Positions 28,934 through 40,087 of a stretch of 64,000 nucleotides of DNA are shown one piece after another (position 1 is the stretch's first letter; each line of letters begins with the position of its first letter). The notes beneath the pieces are model-generated. The model was given only the letters and a program-made list of their open reading frames with translations, was not told the origin of the DNA and searched no databases. Both the position numbers and the translations under genes were made by a program. This stretch comes from a bacterium (GTDB taxonomy: Bacteria; Patescibacteriota; Patescibacteriia; Veblenbacterales; UBA10138), in the NCBI GenBank assembly GCA_020057885.1, contig JAGVEX010000009.1, positions 36,704 through 100,703 of the forward strand, read 5' to 3'.

Positions 28934-29512
28934 ATGCCAACCAGAGCAATTAACCTACGAGAAGGAGAAATGAGTGGCACAACTATATGTGATGCTACAT
29001 GTTGTGTGGGCCTGCACCATATGGGGCAATGTTTTACTTTCAGCGAAGGGTTTGAATTGAACTTCTTCGTACAAGAGGCGAAACACAAAAGAATGGGTAT
29101 AGCTACTATCCAAAAAACGAAGGATAACACTACCCAATTATGCAATACCCTGTTCAAACTCAGTAAGATGGTCGATAATGACCAAACGACAGTCAAAAAT
29201 ATTTACAAACAAATCAAACATATTGTTAACAAATTTGGCGGCAACGATCCTAAGTTAAGAGCTGACTATTATAAAGGTTGCGTGGAAATTTTAAGACACC
29301 GCCGCGGTTTCAGGCAAATTAAGAAACATCGCATACCAGAAATTAATTCACTAAATGATATACTTTCAGCTATAGCAAACTGGAAACTTAACCCCTGGAT
29401 AGCAATGAATCTTGAATTTCTTTGCCGAAAAGCCAGTACCGTTTATGGGGCCACCAAACAACATATTAAATTCGCTCTGGAATTAGCCTCGCAAACAATC
29501 CTAATACACTAA
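28934..29512 (+). CDS. Hypothetical protein
   Basis: 192-aa ORF with strong AAGGAG SD. Confidence 0.65.
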   Translation: MPTRAINLREGEMSGTTICDATCCVGLHHMGQCFTFSEGFELNFFVQEAKHKRMGIATIQKTKDNTTQLCNTLFKLSKMVDNDQTTVKNIYKQIKHIVNKFGGNDPKLRADYYKGCVEILRHRRGFRQIKKHRIPEINSLNDILSAIANWKLNPWIAMNLEFLCRKASTVYGATKQHIKFALELASQTILIH

Positions 29513-29541
29513 TCTAAGTGTAAGTATAAAGAAGGGAATTT

Positions 29542-30636
29542 TTATATATTCCCTTCTTTTTTATTTTTTTTATGATAAAACCAAACTAATCCCCCAGCCA
29601 CTAATGCCATGACTACTAATAAAATAAATAGAGCAATTACTTTGCCCTGTGTGCGTAAAAATAAAGAAGTAACACCAAAAGTAGCAGTTAAAAAATAAAG
29701 TAATACCACAGCCTGTTTTTGGCTCAATCCTACATCCAGCAAACGATAATGTAAATGTTTACGGTCGGCATGAGCAATACTTTTTTTATCCAAAAAAATC
29801 CTGCGGCCAACAACCCAAACCACATCCAAAATCGGAATACCCATTACTAAAAGAGCGGTGGCAATTTTAGCGCCTGAAATAATTGCTAGCACACCTAAGA
29901 TAAATCCCAAATAAAGACTGCCACCTTCACCTAAAAATATTCTAGCTGGATGCCAATTCCATACTAAAAACCCTAAACAAGCGCCAGCAAAAATAATAGC
30001 CAACATGCCAACCGAGGGCTGATAAAAAGGCGTGAATTGGGTAAGGCCAAAAATAATCAAACCGCCTACAGCGCCTATTCCGGTAGCCAAACCGTCTAAA
30101 CCATCCAACAATTTAGTGGTATACATCATGCCCAAAAGCCAAAGAAATGTAAAAATATCAGCCGCTACTGTGAAGTAATAAGGCATACCGCCCAGCTTTA
30201 TAATTTCGATTTTCCAAATATCTAAATGCAACAATCCACCCATTGGACTAGAAATTGCCTTTGCTCCAATACCAGAAATAATCACCACTAAAATTGCCAA
30301 AATCGGCCAAATAATTTGTTTACCTGGAGACAATTTGTATTTATCATCAAAATAACCGCCGAGCATAATAATTGCTCCGGCCAGGGTTAATCCAATAATC
30401 GCTTTAATAGTTATATCTTTACCTATTATAGAATTTGTAAAAAAAGCCAAAGTCAAAAGCGCTATGGTAAAAGACAAATAAATTGCCAAGCCACCCAAAA
30501 GTGGTTTAGGAGAAGAGTGTATTTTTCTATCACTATCTGGAATATCAACTACCTGCGCACGCACGGCGTAACGGCGAACAAAATAAGTCGCTGTTATGGT
30601 TAAAATAAATGATGATGCCAGAGCTAAAAAAAACAT
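29542..30636 (-). CDS. WecA/TagO-like UDP-GlcNAc:undecaprenyl-phosphate transferase (MraY superfamily)
   Basis: RKIH..P.P.LGG, DD, LDGLDGLA, PARIFLGEGGS, HLHYRL. Confidence 0.92.
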   Translation of the reverse strand: MFFLALASSFILTITATYFVRRYAVRAQVVDIPDSDRKIHSSPKPLLGGLAIYLSFTIALLTLAFFTNSIIGKDITIKAIIGLTLAGAIIMLGGYFDDKYKLSPGKQIIWPILAILVVIISGIGAKAISSPMGGLLHLDIWKIEIIKLGGMPYYFTVAADIFTFLWLLGMMYTTKLLDGLDGLATGIGAVGGLIIFGLTQFTPFYQPSVGMLAIIFAGACLGFLVWNWHPARIFLGEGGSLYLGFILGVLAIISGAKIATALLVMGIPILDVVWVVGRRIFLDKKSIAHADRKHLHYRLLDVGLSQKQAVVLLYFLTATFGVTSLFLRTQGKVIALFILLVVMALVAGGLVWFYHKKNKKEGNI

Positions 30637-30734
30637 AAATAGAGAAAATCCGAAATCCTAAATTCTAAATCATAAATAAATTCAAAGTCCAAAATCCAAA
30701 TCTAAAAATAATTTATTCCACTATTATTTAGAGT

Positions 30735-31127
30735 TTAAATATTACGATCTAAATAATCTTGTAATAAAAACATCGCGGCCATTTCATCGCGCGAACGTGT
30801 TTTGAGATCGCGCGGCGCCGCATCAGCACGCTGGCTGGTAAAACGCTCGTCAAATAATTCCACTGAAATATTTAAGTTAGTTTTTAAAAAATTGGCAAAT
30901 TTCCTGCTGGCTTCTGTTTGCTTAGATGCGGCCCCCGAAGTGGACAAAGGCTCCCCTACTAAAACCACGTTAACATCTTCTTCTAAAATAATTTTTTGTA
31001 ACTGCTCTAAAACTAATTCATCTGATTCATTGTTTATTAAACCATAAGGCAGAGCCAATTTAGTTTCGGCATCACCAATAGCTAAACCTATTCTTTTTTC
31101 GCCGTGATCAAGCGCTAATACTTTCAT
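30735..31127 (-). CDS. ruvX: YqgF/RuvX nuclease
   Basis: LALDHGEKRIGLAIGD, DERFTS, DEMAA..LLQ. Confidence 0.93.
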   Translation of the reverse strand: MKVLALDHGEKRIGLAIGDAETKLALPYGLINNESDELVLEQLQKIILEEDVNVVLVGEPLSTSGAASKQTEASRKFANFLKTNLNISVELFDERFTSQRADAAPRDLKTRSRDEMAAMFLLQDYLDRNI

Positions 31128-31159
31128 AATTAAATAAAAAATAACATGGTAAGGTTTTG

Positions 31160-31921
31160 TTACTGGGTCAAAATTTCATAACCATTATCCGTCACCAACA
31201 CGGTATGCTCAAAATGTGCTGACAAACTTTTATCAGCTGTTACTACTGTCCAACCGTCGGTTAAAACTTTAATTTTATAACTGCCTTCATTTACCATTGG
31301 TTCAATAGCAATAGTCATACCGGCCTCTAGTTTAATACCAGTGTTTTTTTTGCCAAAATTTGGTACCGCCGGCTCCTCATGCACGGCTTTCCCCACACCG
31401 TGCCCGGTAAGCTGACGCACTACAGAAAAACCATTTGCTTCCACAAAGTTTTGCACAGCCGACCCTATATCACCTATATATGTCCCAGCACGCACCTGCC
31501 GTAAACCTTCTGCGAGCGACAGCTTTGTTATCTTAATCAATTTAAGGGCTTTGGCTGAAACCTTGCCCACTGGTACAGTTACAGCCATGTCTGTACACAA
31601 ACCTTCATACCAACAACCAATGTCTAAACCAATAATCTCACCCTCTTGCAAAATATGATCAGCCGAAGGTATGGCATGCACCACTGCTTCGTTCACCGAA
31701 GTGCACAAACTGGCTGGATAAGGGGTACCACGTTCGCGCCCATAACCTAAAAAAGAGGGCGTGGCACCTTGTTGTTTTAATAAAGTTTCTGCCAAATTAT
31801 TTAACTCTCCCGTGCTAACTCCCGGCTTTACCGCTACTGCTACTTTTTCCAAAACAGCTGCCAAAATACGCCCCCCGGCGCGCATTTTTTCTATCTCCGC
31901 CTTGGTTTTTATAAGAATCAT
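31160..31921 (-). CDS. map: Type I methionine aminopeptidase
   Basis: CTSVNEAVVH, GHGVG..HEEP, AIEPM, SAHFEHT. Confidence 0.96.
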   Translation of the reverse strand: MILIKTKAEIEKMRAGGRILAAVLEKVAVAVKPGVSTGELNNLAETLLKQQGATPSFLGYGRERGTPYPASLCTSVNEAVVHAIPSADHILQEGEIIGLDIGCWYEGLCTDMAVTVPVGKVSAKALKLIKITKLSLAEGLRQVRAGTYIGDIGSAVQNFVEANGFSVVRQLTGHGVGKAVHEEPAVPNFGKKNTGIKLEAGMTIAIEPMVNEGSYKIKVLTDGWTVVTADKSLSAHFEHTVLVTDNGYEILTQ

Positions 31922-32559
31922 ATTTGCAATACCTTATTTATATTTTCAGTTACCTGGGGAATAGGCGGCGTGCCATCAATAACAATTAATCTACCCTCAC
32001 GCTTATAATAAGCGAGTAATGGTTCGGTTTGTTTATGATATATAACTAAACGATCACGAACTATGTTTTCTGCTTGGTCGCTACGCTGTGATAGTGGAGT
32101 GTTATCAATATCACAAATTCCTGAATTCTGAGGTGGCTTAAAATCAAGATGATAAATAGCGCCACACACTGAACAAGTCCAGCGGCGTGAGATGCGTTTT
32201 ACGGCTTCATCATCTGATAGTTCTAAATCTAGAGCTTGCACATTCATAGTTGATTCATTCAAAAAAGCGGCTTGTACCAAATTACGAGGATAACCATCTA
32301 GCACAAAACCTGGCACGGCATCAGCTTGGTTTAATCTATCGGCCACTATTTTATTAGTAATATCGTCCGACACCAACAAGCCTTGTTTTAAAATATTATC
32401 CACTTCTTTGCCTAGATCTGTTTGGCGCGAAATATGGTCACGAAAAATCTCCCCCGTAGAAATATGTGGAACTCTTAATTTAGCGGCCAAAAACTTAGCT
32501 TGTGTGCCCTTGCCCGAGCCGGGAGGGCCTAATAAAATGAATTGTTTATTGGGTGACAT
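31918..32559 (-). CDS. adk: Adenylate kinase
   Basis: GPPGSGKGTQA, LDGYPR, Zn LID. Confidence 0.95.
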   Translation of the reverse strand: MSPNKQFILLGPPGSGKGTQAKFLAAKLRVPHISTGEIFRDHISRQTDLGKEVDNILKQGLLVSDDITNKIVADRLNQADAVPGFVLDGYPRNLVQAAFLNESTMNVQALDLELSDDEAVKRISRRWTCSVCGAIYHLDFKPPQNSGICDIDNTPLSQRSDQAENIVRDRLVIYHKQTEPLLAYYKREGRLIVIDGTPPIPQVTENINKVLQI

Positions 32560-32650
32560 AGTAATATTATTGTAGCTTATAAATAGATCTTTGAAAAATA
32601 AAAAACCGCCCCTAAAAAAGAGCGGTTTTGAATAATAATCAATCTATTAT

Positions 32651-33928
32651 TTATAATTCATCATAATCTCTCATTACGAGTTGGGCGTTGACTTGACGCA
32701 CAGTTTCAATAACCACTGATACTACGATCAAAAGTGAAGTGCCTCCAATTACCAAAAGTTGTGAACCAGTAACAAAACGTAAAATAAGTGGTAATACTGC
32801 TACCACACCCAAAAACAAAGCGCCTGGCAAAAGAACATGATTCATAACATGACCCAAATATTCTTCAGTGTTACGCCCCGGACGAATGCCTGGCACAAAG
32901 CCACCCTGTTTTTGCAAATTCTCAGCAATTTGATCAGGTTTAAAAATAACCGCTGTATAAAAATAAGTAAAACCAAAAACTAATACAAAATAAGCAATGG
33001 CATAAAAAAGCTGGTTTTGAAACAAATCAATAGTAAACTGAGCAGCCGATACCAACCAAGCTGATTGCGACTTCACCAAAAACTGCGCCACCATGGGAGG
33101 GAATATGATTACCGAAATAGCAAATATAATAGGGATCACGCCTGCTTGTAAAAGACGCAAAGGTAAAAAAGTTGTAGCGCCGCCATATGTTTTACTACCG
33201 CGAACCATACGTGCATAAGTAACTGGAATATTGCGTTGCGCCTCTGTTACCAATACCACAGCCACAATGGTTAAAATCGCCACAGCCACAAAAACTATTA
33301 TGTTAAAAATTTGGGATTGATCGAAAACAGCAAAAGCCTGCTGAATTTGCTGTGGAATGCCTGCCACAATACCGGCAAAAATTAAAAGCGAAATACCATT
33401 ACCCACCTTGCGTTCAGAAATAAGTTCACCAATCCACATTAAAAAAACAGTACCGGCTGTAATAGTAACAATACTAATAGTTAATTGCCAAGGATCCAGC
33501 GCGCCGACAATTTTACCTCCGCCTTGCCCACGTAAAATTGCTATAAAACCATAGGCTTGTAAAGCGGCCATTGGCACTGTCAGCCAGCGGGTATATTGAT
33601 TAATGCGATGGTATCCAGCTTCACCGTCTTTAGAAATTTCCTCTAAGCGCGGCACTATCATGGTCAAAAGCTGCATAATAATAGAAGCCGTAATGTAAGG
33701 GCCAACACCAAGCATTACCACGGAAAAATTCTCTAAACCGCCGCCGGAAAACAGATTAAGCAAACCCAACAACTGATTAGAGGAAAAAAAGTTACGCAAG
33801 GCTGCTGCATCAACACCTGGAATTGGTAAATGTGCGGCAATACGAAAAATCACCAAACAACCCAAAACAAACAAAATGTTTTTTCTAAGATCCGGAGTTT
33901 TCCAAATCTGTCCTAATTTTTGCCACAT
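32651..33928 (-). CDS. secY: Preprotein translocase SecY
   Basis: LGVGPYITASII, GNGISLLIF, AGVIPIIFA, IPG-like VPGIRPG, GGTSLLIVV. Confidence 0.97.
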   Translation of the reverse strand: MWQKLGQIWKTPDLRKNILFVLGCLVIFRIAAHLPIPGVDAAALRNFFSSNQLLGLLNLFSGGGLENFSVVMLGVGPYITASIIMQLLTMIVPRLEEISKDGEAGYHRINQYTRWLTVPMAALQAYGFIAILRGQGGGKIVGALDPWQLTISIVTITAGTVFLMWIGELISERKVGNGISLLIFAGIVAGIPQQIQQAFAVFDQSQIFNIIVFVAVAILTIVAVVLVTEAQRNIPVTYARMVRGSKTYGGATTFLPLRLLQAGVIPIIFAISVIIFPPMVAQFLVKSQSAWLVSAAQFTIDLFQNQLFYAIAYFVLVFGFTYFYTAVIFKPDQIAENLQKQGGFVPGIRPGRNTEEYLGHVMNHVLLPGALFLGVVAVLPLILRFVTGSQLLVIGGTSLLIVVSVVIETVRQVNAQLVMRDYDEL

Positions 33929-33940
33929 AAAAGCAAAAGT

Positions 33941-34399
33941 TTAAACCTTATTCTTTATAATCAATTCTACTTTGCCACCGGCTTTTTCTATAGAAGCTCT
34001 CGCTCCGGCCGAAATACTATTAACCATTACTGTAAGAGTTGGTTTAATTTTACCACCACCAATTAATTTAACCAATCCTTTGGCGTTCGTTATCAAACCT
34101 TTTTTCGCTAACATTAGTGGAGTTACTTGGGCGCCGTTTTCAAAAACATTCAATTCTGCCACGTTAATTACCTGAGGGCGTATTTTAAAACTACGAAAAC
34201 CGCGTACTTTTGGTAAACGAGTAATAAAATGTTTAACTCCGAATTGCACCAACCCTTTGCGCCCACCTTGGCGCGCACGCTGTCCTTTAACGCCACGGGT
34301 AGAATAAGCGCCATGCCCCGAACCCAACCCTCTGCCCAAACGTTTACGGCGGTGTCGTGAACCACTAGCTGACTTTAGTGAATGAAGTGTAAGTGTCAT
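33941..34399 (-). CDS. rplO: 50S ribosomal protein L15
   Basis: RLGRGLGSG, RLPKVRGF; operon position. Confidence 0.96.
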   Translation of the reverse strand: MTLTLHSLKSASGSRHRRKRLGRGLGSGHGAYSTRGVKGQRARQGGRKGLVQFGVKHFITRLPKVRGFRSFKIRPQVINVAELNVFENGAQVTPLMLAKKGLITNAKGLVKLIGGGKIKPTLTVMVNSISAGARASIEKAGGKVELIIKNKV

Positions 34400-34418
34400 A
34401 AATAACTTATTTAAAACC

Positions 34419-34931
34419 TTAACGAGTTAATTTAAACTGACCAAAGGCTTTAATAACTGCTCTAACATTATTGATTTTATTAGGAGAACCTAAAATTTTA
34501 CTAACAACATTAGGTACGCCTGCCATCTCTAACACTACCCGCACCGGACCACCAGCAATAATACCTGTACCGGTAGGGGCTGGCCTTAAAATTACTTTAG
34601 CACTCTTATACTTAACTGTAATTTCATGTGGCAAAGTATCACCTTTTAGAGGCACTTGAATTAATGATTTTCGAGCTTTAGTAGCGGCCTTTTCCACAGC
34701 TAAACTAACATCGGCGCCTTTGGCCAAACCAACTCCCACTTTACCTTTTTTATTACCAACTACTATAAGTGCTCGAAAACGCATACGCTTACCACCAGCC
34801 ATTACACGAGTAACGCGAGCTAATTCTACTACGCGTTGATCAAACTCATCTTCCACCCTATCTCGTCTGGGGCCTCTGCCCATACCGCGTCCACCGCGAC
34901 CGCCTCTTTGTTGTTGCATACCCATTACCAT
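34419..34931 (-). CDS. rpsE: 30S ribosomal protein S5
   Basis: RVTRVMAGGKRMRFRAL, PAPTGTGIIAGG. Confidence 0.97.
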   Translation of the reverse strand: MVMGMQQQRGGRGGRGMGRGPRRDRVEDEFDQRVVELARVTRVMAGGKRMRFRALIVVGNKKGKVGVGLAKGADVSLAVEKAATKARKSLIQVPLKGDTLPHEITVKYKSAKVILRPAPTGTGIIAGGPVRVVLEMAGVPNVVSKILGSPNKINNVRAVIKAFGQFKLTR

Positions 34932-34943
34932 AAAATAATTTAC

Positions 34944-35300
34944 TTAAAAAATTAATCCCCCAGCCCTAGCTCCTTCAGCCAAAGCTTTAATTCGGCCATG
35001 GTAAGCATAACCACCTCTATCAAATACTACTGTTTTAATTCCCTTGGCTACTGCTTTCTCAGCTACTAATTTACCAACCGCTTTAGCTAATTCTATTGGT
35101 TTACCAGCAGATTTTTTATTTTCTAACTCATGATCTGAAGCCGCACAAATAGTATGCGCTTTAATATCATCAATTAGCTGCACGGAAATGTGTTTTAAAC
35201 TACGATAAACGGCCAAACGCGGACACTCTGTTGTACCAGCTAAACGTGCACGTGTTCGACGATGTCGTGTAATTCTTGGATTTTTAAAAAAATTAGACAT
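34944..35300 (-). CDS. rplR: 50S ribosomal protein L18
   Basis: [22 protein letters not shown]. Confidence 0.97.
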   Translation of the reverse strand: MSNFFKNPRITRHRRTRARLAGTTECPRLAVYRSLKHISVQLIDDIKAHTICAASDHELENKKSAGKPIELAKAVGKLVAEKAVAKGIKTVVFDRGGYAYHGRIKALAEGARAGGLIF

Positions 35301-35308
35301 AAATAAAA

Positions 35309-35863
35309 TTATTTAGCGCCAGCTGCTTTTACAACCTTGCCGGCCTTACGGCGAATTATTTCACCAGCATATTTTATTCCCTTACCCTTGTAAGGTTCTG
35401 GTTTTTTAAGAGATCTAATTTCGGCTGCTACTTGGCCTACTTGCTGACGAGAAGCGCCGCTTACGCTAATCACATTATTTTTTTCTACCGCCACAATAAC
35501 ACCGGCCGACACTATATATTTTACTGGATGAGAAAAACCAATATTCAAAACTAAATCTTTACCTTCCATTTGAGCTTTGAATCCAATACCTGACATTTCT
35601 AGTTTTTTAACAAAACCCTGAGATGTACCAATAACAGCGTTGTTGACTAATTGGCGTGCCAATCCCCACAGTGCTTTATCACTGCCGACTTCTGGCTGAC
35701 GCACTGTAACATGGAGTGTATTACCATCTTGAGTAACTGTAACGTGGGGGTGTAAAGGCTGTGCCACCTCTCCTTTGGGCCCTTTAACATGAACCATTTC
35801 GGGTTTAATTTCTACCTGAACGCCTGCTGGTATTATAATTGGAAGTTTGCCTAAACGTGACAT
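35309..35863 (-). CDS. rplF: 50S ribosomal protein L6
   Basis: [16 protein letters not shown]. Confidence 0.97.
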   Translation of the reverse strand: MSRLGKLPIIIPAGVQVEIKPEMVHVKGPKGEVAQPLHPHVTVTQDGNTLHVTVRQPEVGSDKALWGLARQLVNNAVIGTSQGFVKKLEMSGIGFKAQMEGKDLVLNIGFSHPVKYIVSAGVIVAVEKNNVISVSGASRQQVGQVAAEIRSLKKPEPYKGKGIKYAGEIIRRKAGKVVKAAGAK

Positions 35864-35869
35864 AAAAAA

Positions 35870-36256
35870 TTAATAAATTTCACAAATAACTTCTCCGCCC
35901 AAGCTTTTAGCACGTGCCTCACGATTAGTCATAAGGCCTTGGGAAGTTGAAATAATAGCAATACCTAAACCAGAAAGTACCTTGGGCAATTCGGAAGATT
36001 TAACATAAAAACGTCTACCTGGCTTGCTAATACGTTTTAAACTGCGAATAGGAACCTGTCCTTTGTCATAACTAAGCTGCAAACGCAAACTTCGATAAGG
36101 CGCTGCGACTTCATCAAACGACTTAAGGTACCCTTCGTGTACTAAAATATCAGCTAGGTTTGCCTTTAGCCTAGAGTACGGCACCATTACCTCAGTCTTG
36201 CGGACCATGATAATGTTGCGAATTCTTGTAAGCATGTCACTGATTGGATCTGTCAT
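35870..36256 (-). CDS. rpsH: 30S ribosomal protein S8
   Basis: DPISDMLTRIRN, SKPGRRFY. Confidence 0.97.
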   Translation of the reverse strand: MTDPISDMLTRIRNIIMVRKTEVMVPYSRLKANLADILVHEGYLKSFDEVAAPYRSLRLQLSYDKGQVPIRSLKRISKPGRRFYVKSSELPKVLSGLGIAIISTSQGLMTNREARAKSLGGEVICEIY

Positions 36257-36299
36257 AAGATTAATTTAATTTCACTTTCTCAACTGATTTAATTAATAA

Positions 36300-36494
36300 T
36301 TACCAACTGGCCTTTTTAATTCCAGGAATTTCACCATTATTAGCTAGTTCCCTAAAACAAATACGGCAAAGGTTAAATTTACGCATATAACCATGTTTAC
36401 GACCACAACGCCAGCATCGGCGCACTATACGCGTAGAGTATTTAGGATTGGTTAACGAACGTCGTGATTTATTTTCTTGTGCTGTAGTAGACAT
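36300..36494 (-). CDS. rpsN: 30S ribosomal protein S14 (type Z)
   Basis: RCWRCGR...LCRICFRE; start corrected to ATG at 36494. Confidence 0.95.
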   Translation of the reverse strand: MSTTAQENKSRRSLTNPKYSTRIVRRCWRCGRKHGYMRKFNLCRICFRELANNGEIPGIKKASW

Positions 36495-36498
36495 AAAA

Positions 36499-37053
36499 TT
36501 AATTCTTACTAAAAGGGAAGCCCAAAAGTTCAAATAAACGTTTTCCCTCTTTTTGTGTAGCAGCTGTAGTAACAATAGCCATTTCCAAACCGTGAATATT
36601 TTCTAATTCGTCTGAACGAATTTCTGGAAAAACCATGTGTTCGTGAAAACCGATTGATAAATTTCCCTTTGCGTCAACTGATTTTGTTGGCAAACCACGA
36701 AAATCACGCACGCGAGGCAAGGTGATATTTACTAACTTACCAATAAAATCATACATTCTTTTGCCACGCAATGTTACCATTGCGCCCACCACCATACCCT
36801 GACGAATTTTAAAATTAGAAATAGATTTACGAGCCTTAGTGGTTACCGGTTTTTGCCCAGCTATACGAGTTAAAGTTTTTACAGCCACCTCTTGCAGCTT
36901 AGCATCTTTGGAACTCTGGCTTAATCCAACATTAAGCACTACCTTAACTAAACGTGGTACGGCCAAATTATTGGTATAGCCAAACTCTTGTTTTAGCTTA
37001 GGCACTATTTCACGACTGTATAAATTATTTAAATTGATTTCGCTAATACTCAT
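36499..37053 (-). CDS. rplE: 50S ribosomal protein L5
   Basis: [21 protein letters not shown]. Confidence 0.97.
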   Translation of the reverse strand: MSISEINLNNLYSREIVPKLKQEFGYTNNLAVPRLVKVVLNVGLSQSSKDAKLQEVAVKTLTRIAGQKPVTTKARKSISNFKIRQGMVVGAMVTLRGKRMYDFIGKLVNITLPRVRDFRGLPTKSVDAKGNLSIGFHEHMVFPEIRSDELENIHGLEMAIVTTAATQKEGKRLFELLGFPFSKN

Positions 37054-37057
37054 AAAT

Positions 37058-37378
37058 TTATATATTTAAAGGTTGCGTGCAACGATGGCAAGTACGAATT
37101 TTTTTTCCATCGGGCGCCTGTGTTATACGGACACGCGTAGTTTTACCACATTGCGGACATACTACTGCCAATTTAGCTATAATTAAAGGAGCGGCGTACT
37201 GCACTTTACTACCTGTTTTACTACCCTTTTGCGCTCGTAAATGCTTAACGCGCAAATTAATTCCTTCCGCCACCACCAAGCCTTGGGTAGGAAAAACTTG
37301 GGTAACCTTGCCCTGCTTGCCTTTATCACGGCCAGATATTACACGAACTGTATCATTTTTTTTAATTCTGAGTCTCAT
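37058..37378 (-). CDS. rplX: 50S ribosomal protein L24
   Basis: KOW motif D.V.VISGRDKGKQG. Confidence 0.96.
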   Translation of the reverse strand: MRLRIKKNDTVRVISGRDKGKQGKVTQVFPTQGLVVAEGINLRVKHLRAQKGSKTGSKVQYAAPLIIAKLAVVCPQCGKTTRVRITQAPDGKKIRTCHRCTQPLNI

Positions 37379-37387
37379 AAAATATAA

Positions 37388-37759
37388 TTATAATACTTCG
37401 GGAGCGAGGGAAATAATTTTTTGAAAACCTTTAGCTCTTAATTCACGAGCCACGGGACCAAAAATGCGAGTGCCTTTTGGTTCTTTTGTTTTTTTATCAA
37501 TTATTACAACTGCATTGTCGTCAAAACGGATATAAGAACCGTCCGATCGGCGATATTCTTTATGCGTACGTACCAACACAGCGTGAACTACATCGCTCTT
37601 TTTTACCATACCATGTGGTTGCGCGTCTTTTACTACTACAGTAATAATATCGCTCAACATACCATAACGCTTGCGATGTCCGCCAAGAACTCTAATACAC
37701 TGGACTTTTTTGGCCCCAGTATTATCGGCTACATTAATCATTGAACGAAGTTGTACCAT
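37388..37759 (-). CDS. rplN: 50S ribosomal protein L14
   Basis: [22 protein letters not shown]. Confidence 0.97.
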   Translation of the reverse strand: MVQLRSMINVADNTGAKKVQCIRVLGGHRKRYGMLSDIITVVVKDAQPHGMVKKSDVVHAVLVRTHKEYRRSDGSYIRFDDNAVVIIDKKTKEPKGTRIFGPVARELRAKGFQKIISLAPEVL

Positions 37760-37767
37760 AAATAATT

Positions 37768-38016
37768 TTAGCTAACTTTTTTTATAATACGCCAACGCTT
37801 AGTGCGTGACAGTGGTCTAGTTTCTTCAATCACTACCTTATCATTTAATTTATAAACATTATTCTCATCGTGAGATGGATAACGTCGGCTAGTTTGAAAC
37901 CTCTTGCCGTATTTAGGATGTACTTGAGTACGCTCCACTAGCACTATCCTAGTTTTAGGAGTACCAGCGGACACTACCACACCTTCGAGTTGTCTTTTAA
38001 TTACTGTACTGGACAT
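37768..38016 (-). CDS. rpsQ: 30S ribosomal protein S17
   Basis: [17 protein letters not shown]. Confidence 0.96.
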   Translation of the reverse strand: MSSTVIKRQLEGVVVSAGTPKTRIVLVERTQVHPKYGKRFQTSRRYPSHDENNVYKLNDKVVIEETRPLSRTKRWRIIKKVS

Positions 38017-38022
38017 AAAATA

Positions 38023-38232
38023 TTAATTAACTTTTGATGAAATTTCTTTAATTCTACTAACCAAACGTGCTATTTCTAACCTAATAGTTCTAATAGCGCG
38101 TACATTTTTAAGGTCGTGAGCGGCCACCCGAACACGTAAATTCCTCAACTCGGCCAACCTCTCGCTCAAATGCTTTTGTAGCTCTGGCTTGTCCCAACCA
38201 CGTATCTCTTTCATACCTAATGATTTAGCCAT
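38023..38232 (-). CDS. rpmC: 50S ribosomal protein L29
   Basis: Position; IR..R.EIAR. Confidence 0.9.
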   Translation of the reverse strand: MAKSLGMKEIRGWDKPELQKHLSERLAELRNLRVRVAAHDLKNVRAIRTIRLEIARLVSRIKEISSKVN

Positions 38233-38236
38233 AAAA

Positions 38237-38653
38237 TTATAAGTTAGGCTTAACTACAATAATAGTCTTAACTGGCATTTTGTGCGCCGCCAACTTTAAA
38301 GCCTCACGGGCTAACTCTAAAGTAACACCATCCATTTCAAACATTACTGTACCTGGTTTAATTGGCGCCACATAATGATCCACCGAACCCTTGCCACCAC
38401 CCATACGAATTTCATTGCCTTTTACCGAAATAGATTTATCTGGAAAAATGCGAATCCAAACCTTACCTCGACGCTGTAAATGACCAGTAATAGCCCGTCT
38501 AGCCGCTTCAATTTGACGCGAGGTTATCCAACCAGCTTCCAAAGATTTCAAGCCAAAGTTACCAAAACTCAAAGTGGCTTTTTGGGTAGCCTTGCCTTTA
38601 ATTTGGTCACCCCGATGCGTCTTGCGATATTTAACTTTTTTCGGCATTAACAT
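38237..38653 (-). CDS. rplP: 50S ribosomal protein L16
   Basis: [18 protein letters not shown]. Confidence 0.97.
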   Translation of the reverse strand: MLMPKKVKYRKTHRGDQIKGKATQKATLSFGNFGLKSLEAGWITSRQIEAARRAITGHLQRRGKVWIRIFPDKSISVKGNEIRMGGGKGSVDHYVAPIKPGTVMFEMDGVTLELAREALKLAAHKMPVKTIIVVKPNL

Positions 38654-38673
38654 AAAAAGAATCCTGCAAAAAA

Positions 38674-39360
38674 TTAACGTTTGTGTGCGGATTGACGCAC
38701 CTCATTCATGGTAACTTGACGTGCTGGAGTAAAGACTTCGCCACGATTAATCCAAACTTTTATTCCTAAAACACCATAAGTCATATGAGCAGTAGTGCGA
38801 GCATAATCTATCTCAGCGCGAATAGTATGAAGAGGAACCTTGCCCACACTTAATTTTTCACTGCGCGCTATCTCCGAACCATTCAAACGACCACCAACCA
38901 TTACTTTTACCCCCAAAGAACCGGCTTTCATTGCCTGATCAATGGCCTGTTTCATCACCCGACGAAAAGGTAAACGTTTTTCAAGTTCCAATGCCATGTT
39001 TTCAGCTACGATTTCAGCCGACATCATAGGATTGGGCACCTCTTGAATATTAAGTTGAAAACTCTGACCTGGTTTTACGAAACGAGTTTTGAGCTCTTTT
39101 TTTAATTCTTCTACTTGTGCTCCGCCACGACCGATCACCAAACCTGGTTTAGCTGTACTGATAATAACAGTCAAGCTGGAAGCGCCGCGTTCTACTTCAA
39201 TTTGAGAAACAGCCGCACCACGCAATTTTTTCTTAAGCCAACGCCTAAGTCTAATATCAGCCTCTAATAACCCACGATAATCACGACGAGTAATCCACTT
39301 GGATTTCCAAGAGTAAAGTGTGCCAATTCGGAAAATTCTAGGATGAACTTTGTGTCCCAT
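38674..39360 (-). CDS. rpsC: 30S ribosomal protein S3
   Basis: MGHKVHP start, KH domain [19 protein letters not shown]. Confidence 0.96.
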   Translation of the reverse strand: MGHKVHPRIFRIGTLYSWKSKWITRRDYRGLLEADIRLRRWLKKKLRGAAVSQIEVERGASSLTVIISTAKPGLVIGRGGAQVEELKKELKTRFVKPGQSFQLNIQEVPNPMMSAEIVAENMALELEKRLPFRRVMKQAIDQAMKAGSLGVKVMVGGRLNGSEIARSEKLSVGKVPLHTIRAEIDYARTTAHMTYGVLGIKVWINRGEVFTPARQVTMNEVRQSAHKR

Positions 39361-39364
39361 ATAA

Positions 39365-39727
39365 TTATACCTTTTTATTAAAACGACTTGGCCTATCCTC
39401 GTCACTCACGACTACAATAATATGACAAGTTGGTTTATGTATAGGGGTAGCTCGCCCCATAGCGCGTGGTCGCCATCTTTTCAAACGCGGTCCTTGGCCA
39501 ACTACAATACTCTTAATCCACAATTTTTTCTTGTCTAATTTATTATTGTTAACAGCATTAGCGGCCGCCGAATTTATTAGCTTAATAACTGGCCGAGCAG
39601 CTGCTTGCGGCAAAACCGCCAGCTGTTCCAAAGCGCGGGCTAATGGCAACCTACGCACCATATCAATCACCAATTTTACTTTACGAGGTGAGGCGCGGAG
39701 AAATCTGAGTTTAGCTTGAACTTCCAT
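39365..39727 (-). CDS. rplV: 50S ribosomal protein L22
   Basis: SPRKVKLV, SAAANA, PRAMGRA. Confidence 0.96.
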   Translation of the reverse strand: MEVQAKLRFLRASPRKVKLVIDMVRRLPLARALEQLAVLPQAAARPVIKLINSAAANAVNNNKLDKKKLWIKSIVVGQGPRLKRWRPRAMGRATPIHKPTCHIIVVVSDEDRPSRFNKKV

Positions 39728-39736
39728 AAATCAAAA

Positions 39737-40075
39737 TTATTTCTTAGTTTCAGGCTCTTTAACTGCAGCCACTTGGGCGGCAACGGCTTGAGCCGCGGCG
39801 GCGGCCTGCTCACGAGCCATGCGACCACCATGGCCAGTAAATTTGCGTGTCGGAGAAAATTCACCCAATTTATGTCCCACCATATTTTCAATAATCAAAA
39901 CTGATATATGATTTTTGCCATTATGAACCGCAATAGTAAAACCAACCATCTCTGGAGTAATAGTGGAATCGCGCGACCAGGTTTTAATCACAGCTTTATC
40001 GCCAATCTTAAGCTTAGCTATCTTGGCTAAGAGCTTGGCATCAACAAAGGGACCTTTTTTAAGACTACGTGACAT
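39737..40075 (-). CDS. rpsS: 30S ribosomal protein S19
   Basis: [23 protein letters not shown]. Confidence 0.97.
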   Translation of the reverse strand: MSRSLKKGPFVDAKLLAKIAKLKIGDKAVIKTWSRDSTITPEMVGFTIAVHNGKNHISVLIIENMVGHKLGEFSPTRKFTGHGGRMAREQAAAAAQAVAAQVAAVKEPETKK

Positions 40076-40087
40076 AATAAATTTATT

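Noticed and set aside
34400-34418. Absence of rpmD (L30) between rpsE and rplO
   Set aside because: Known CPR hallmark; used for taxonomy, not novel.
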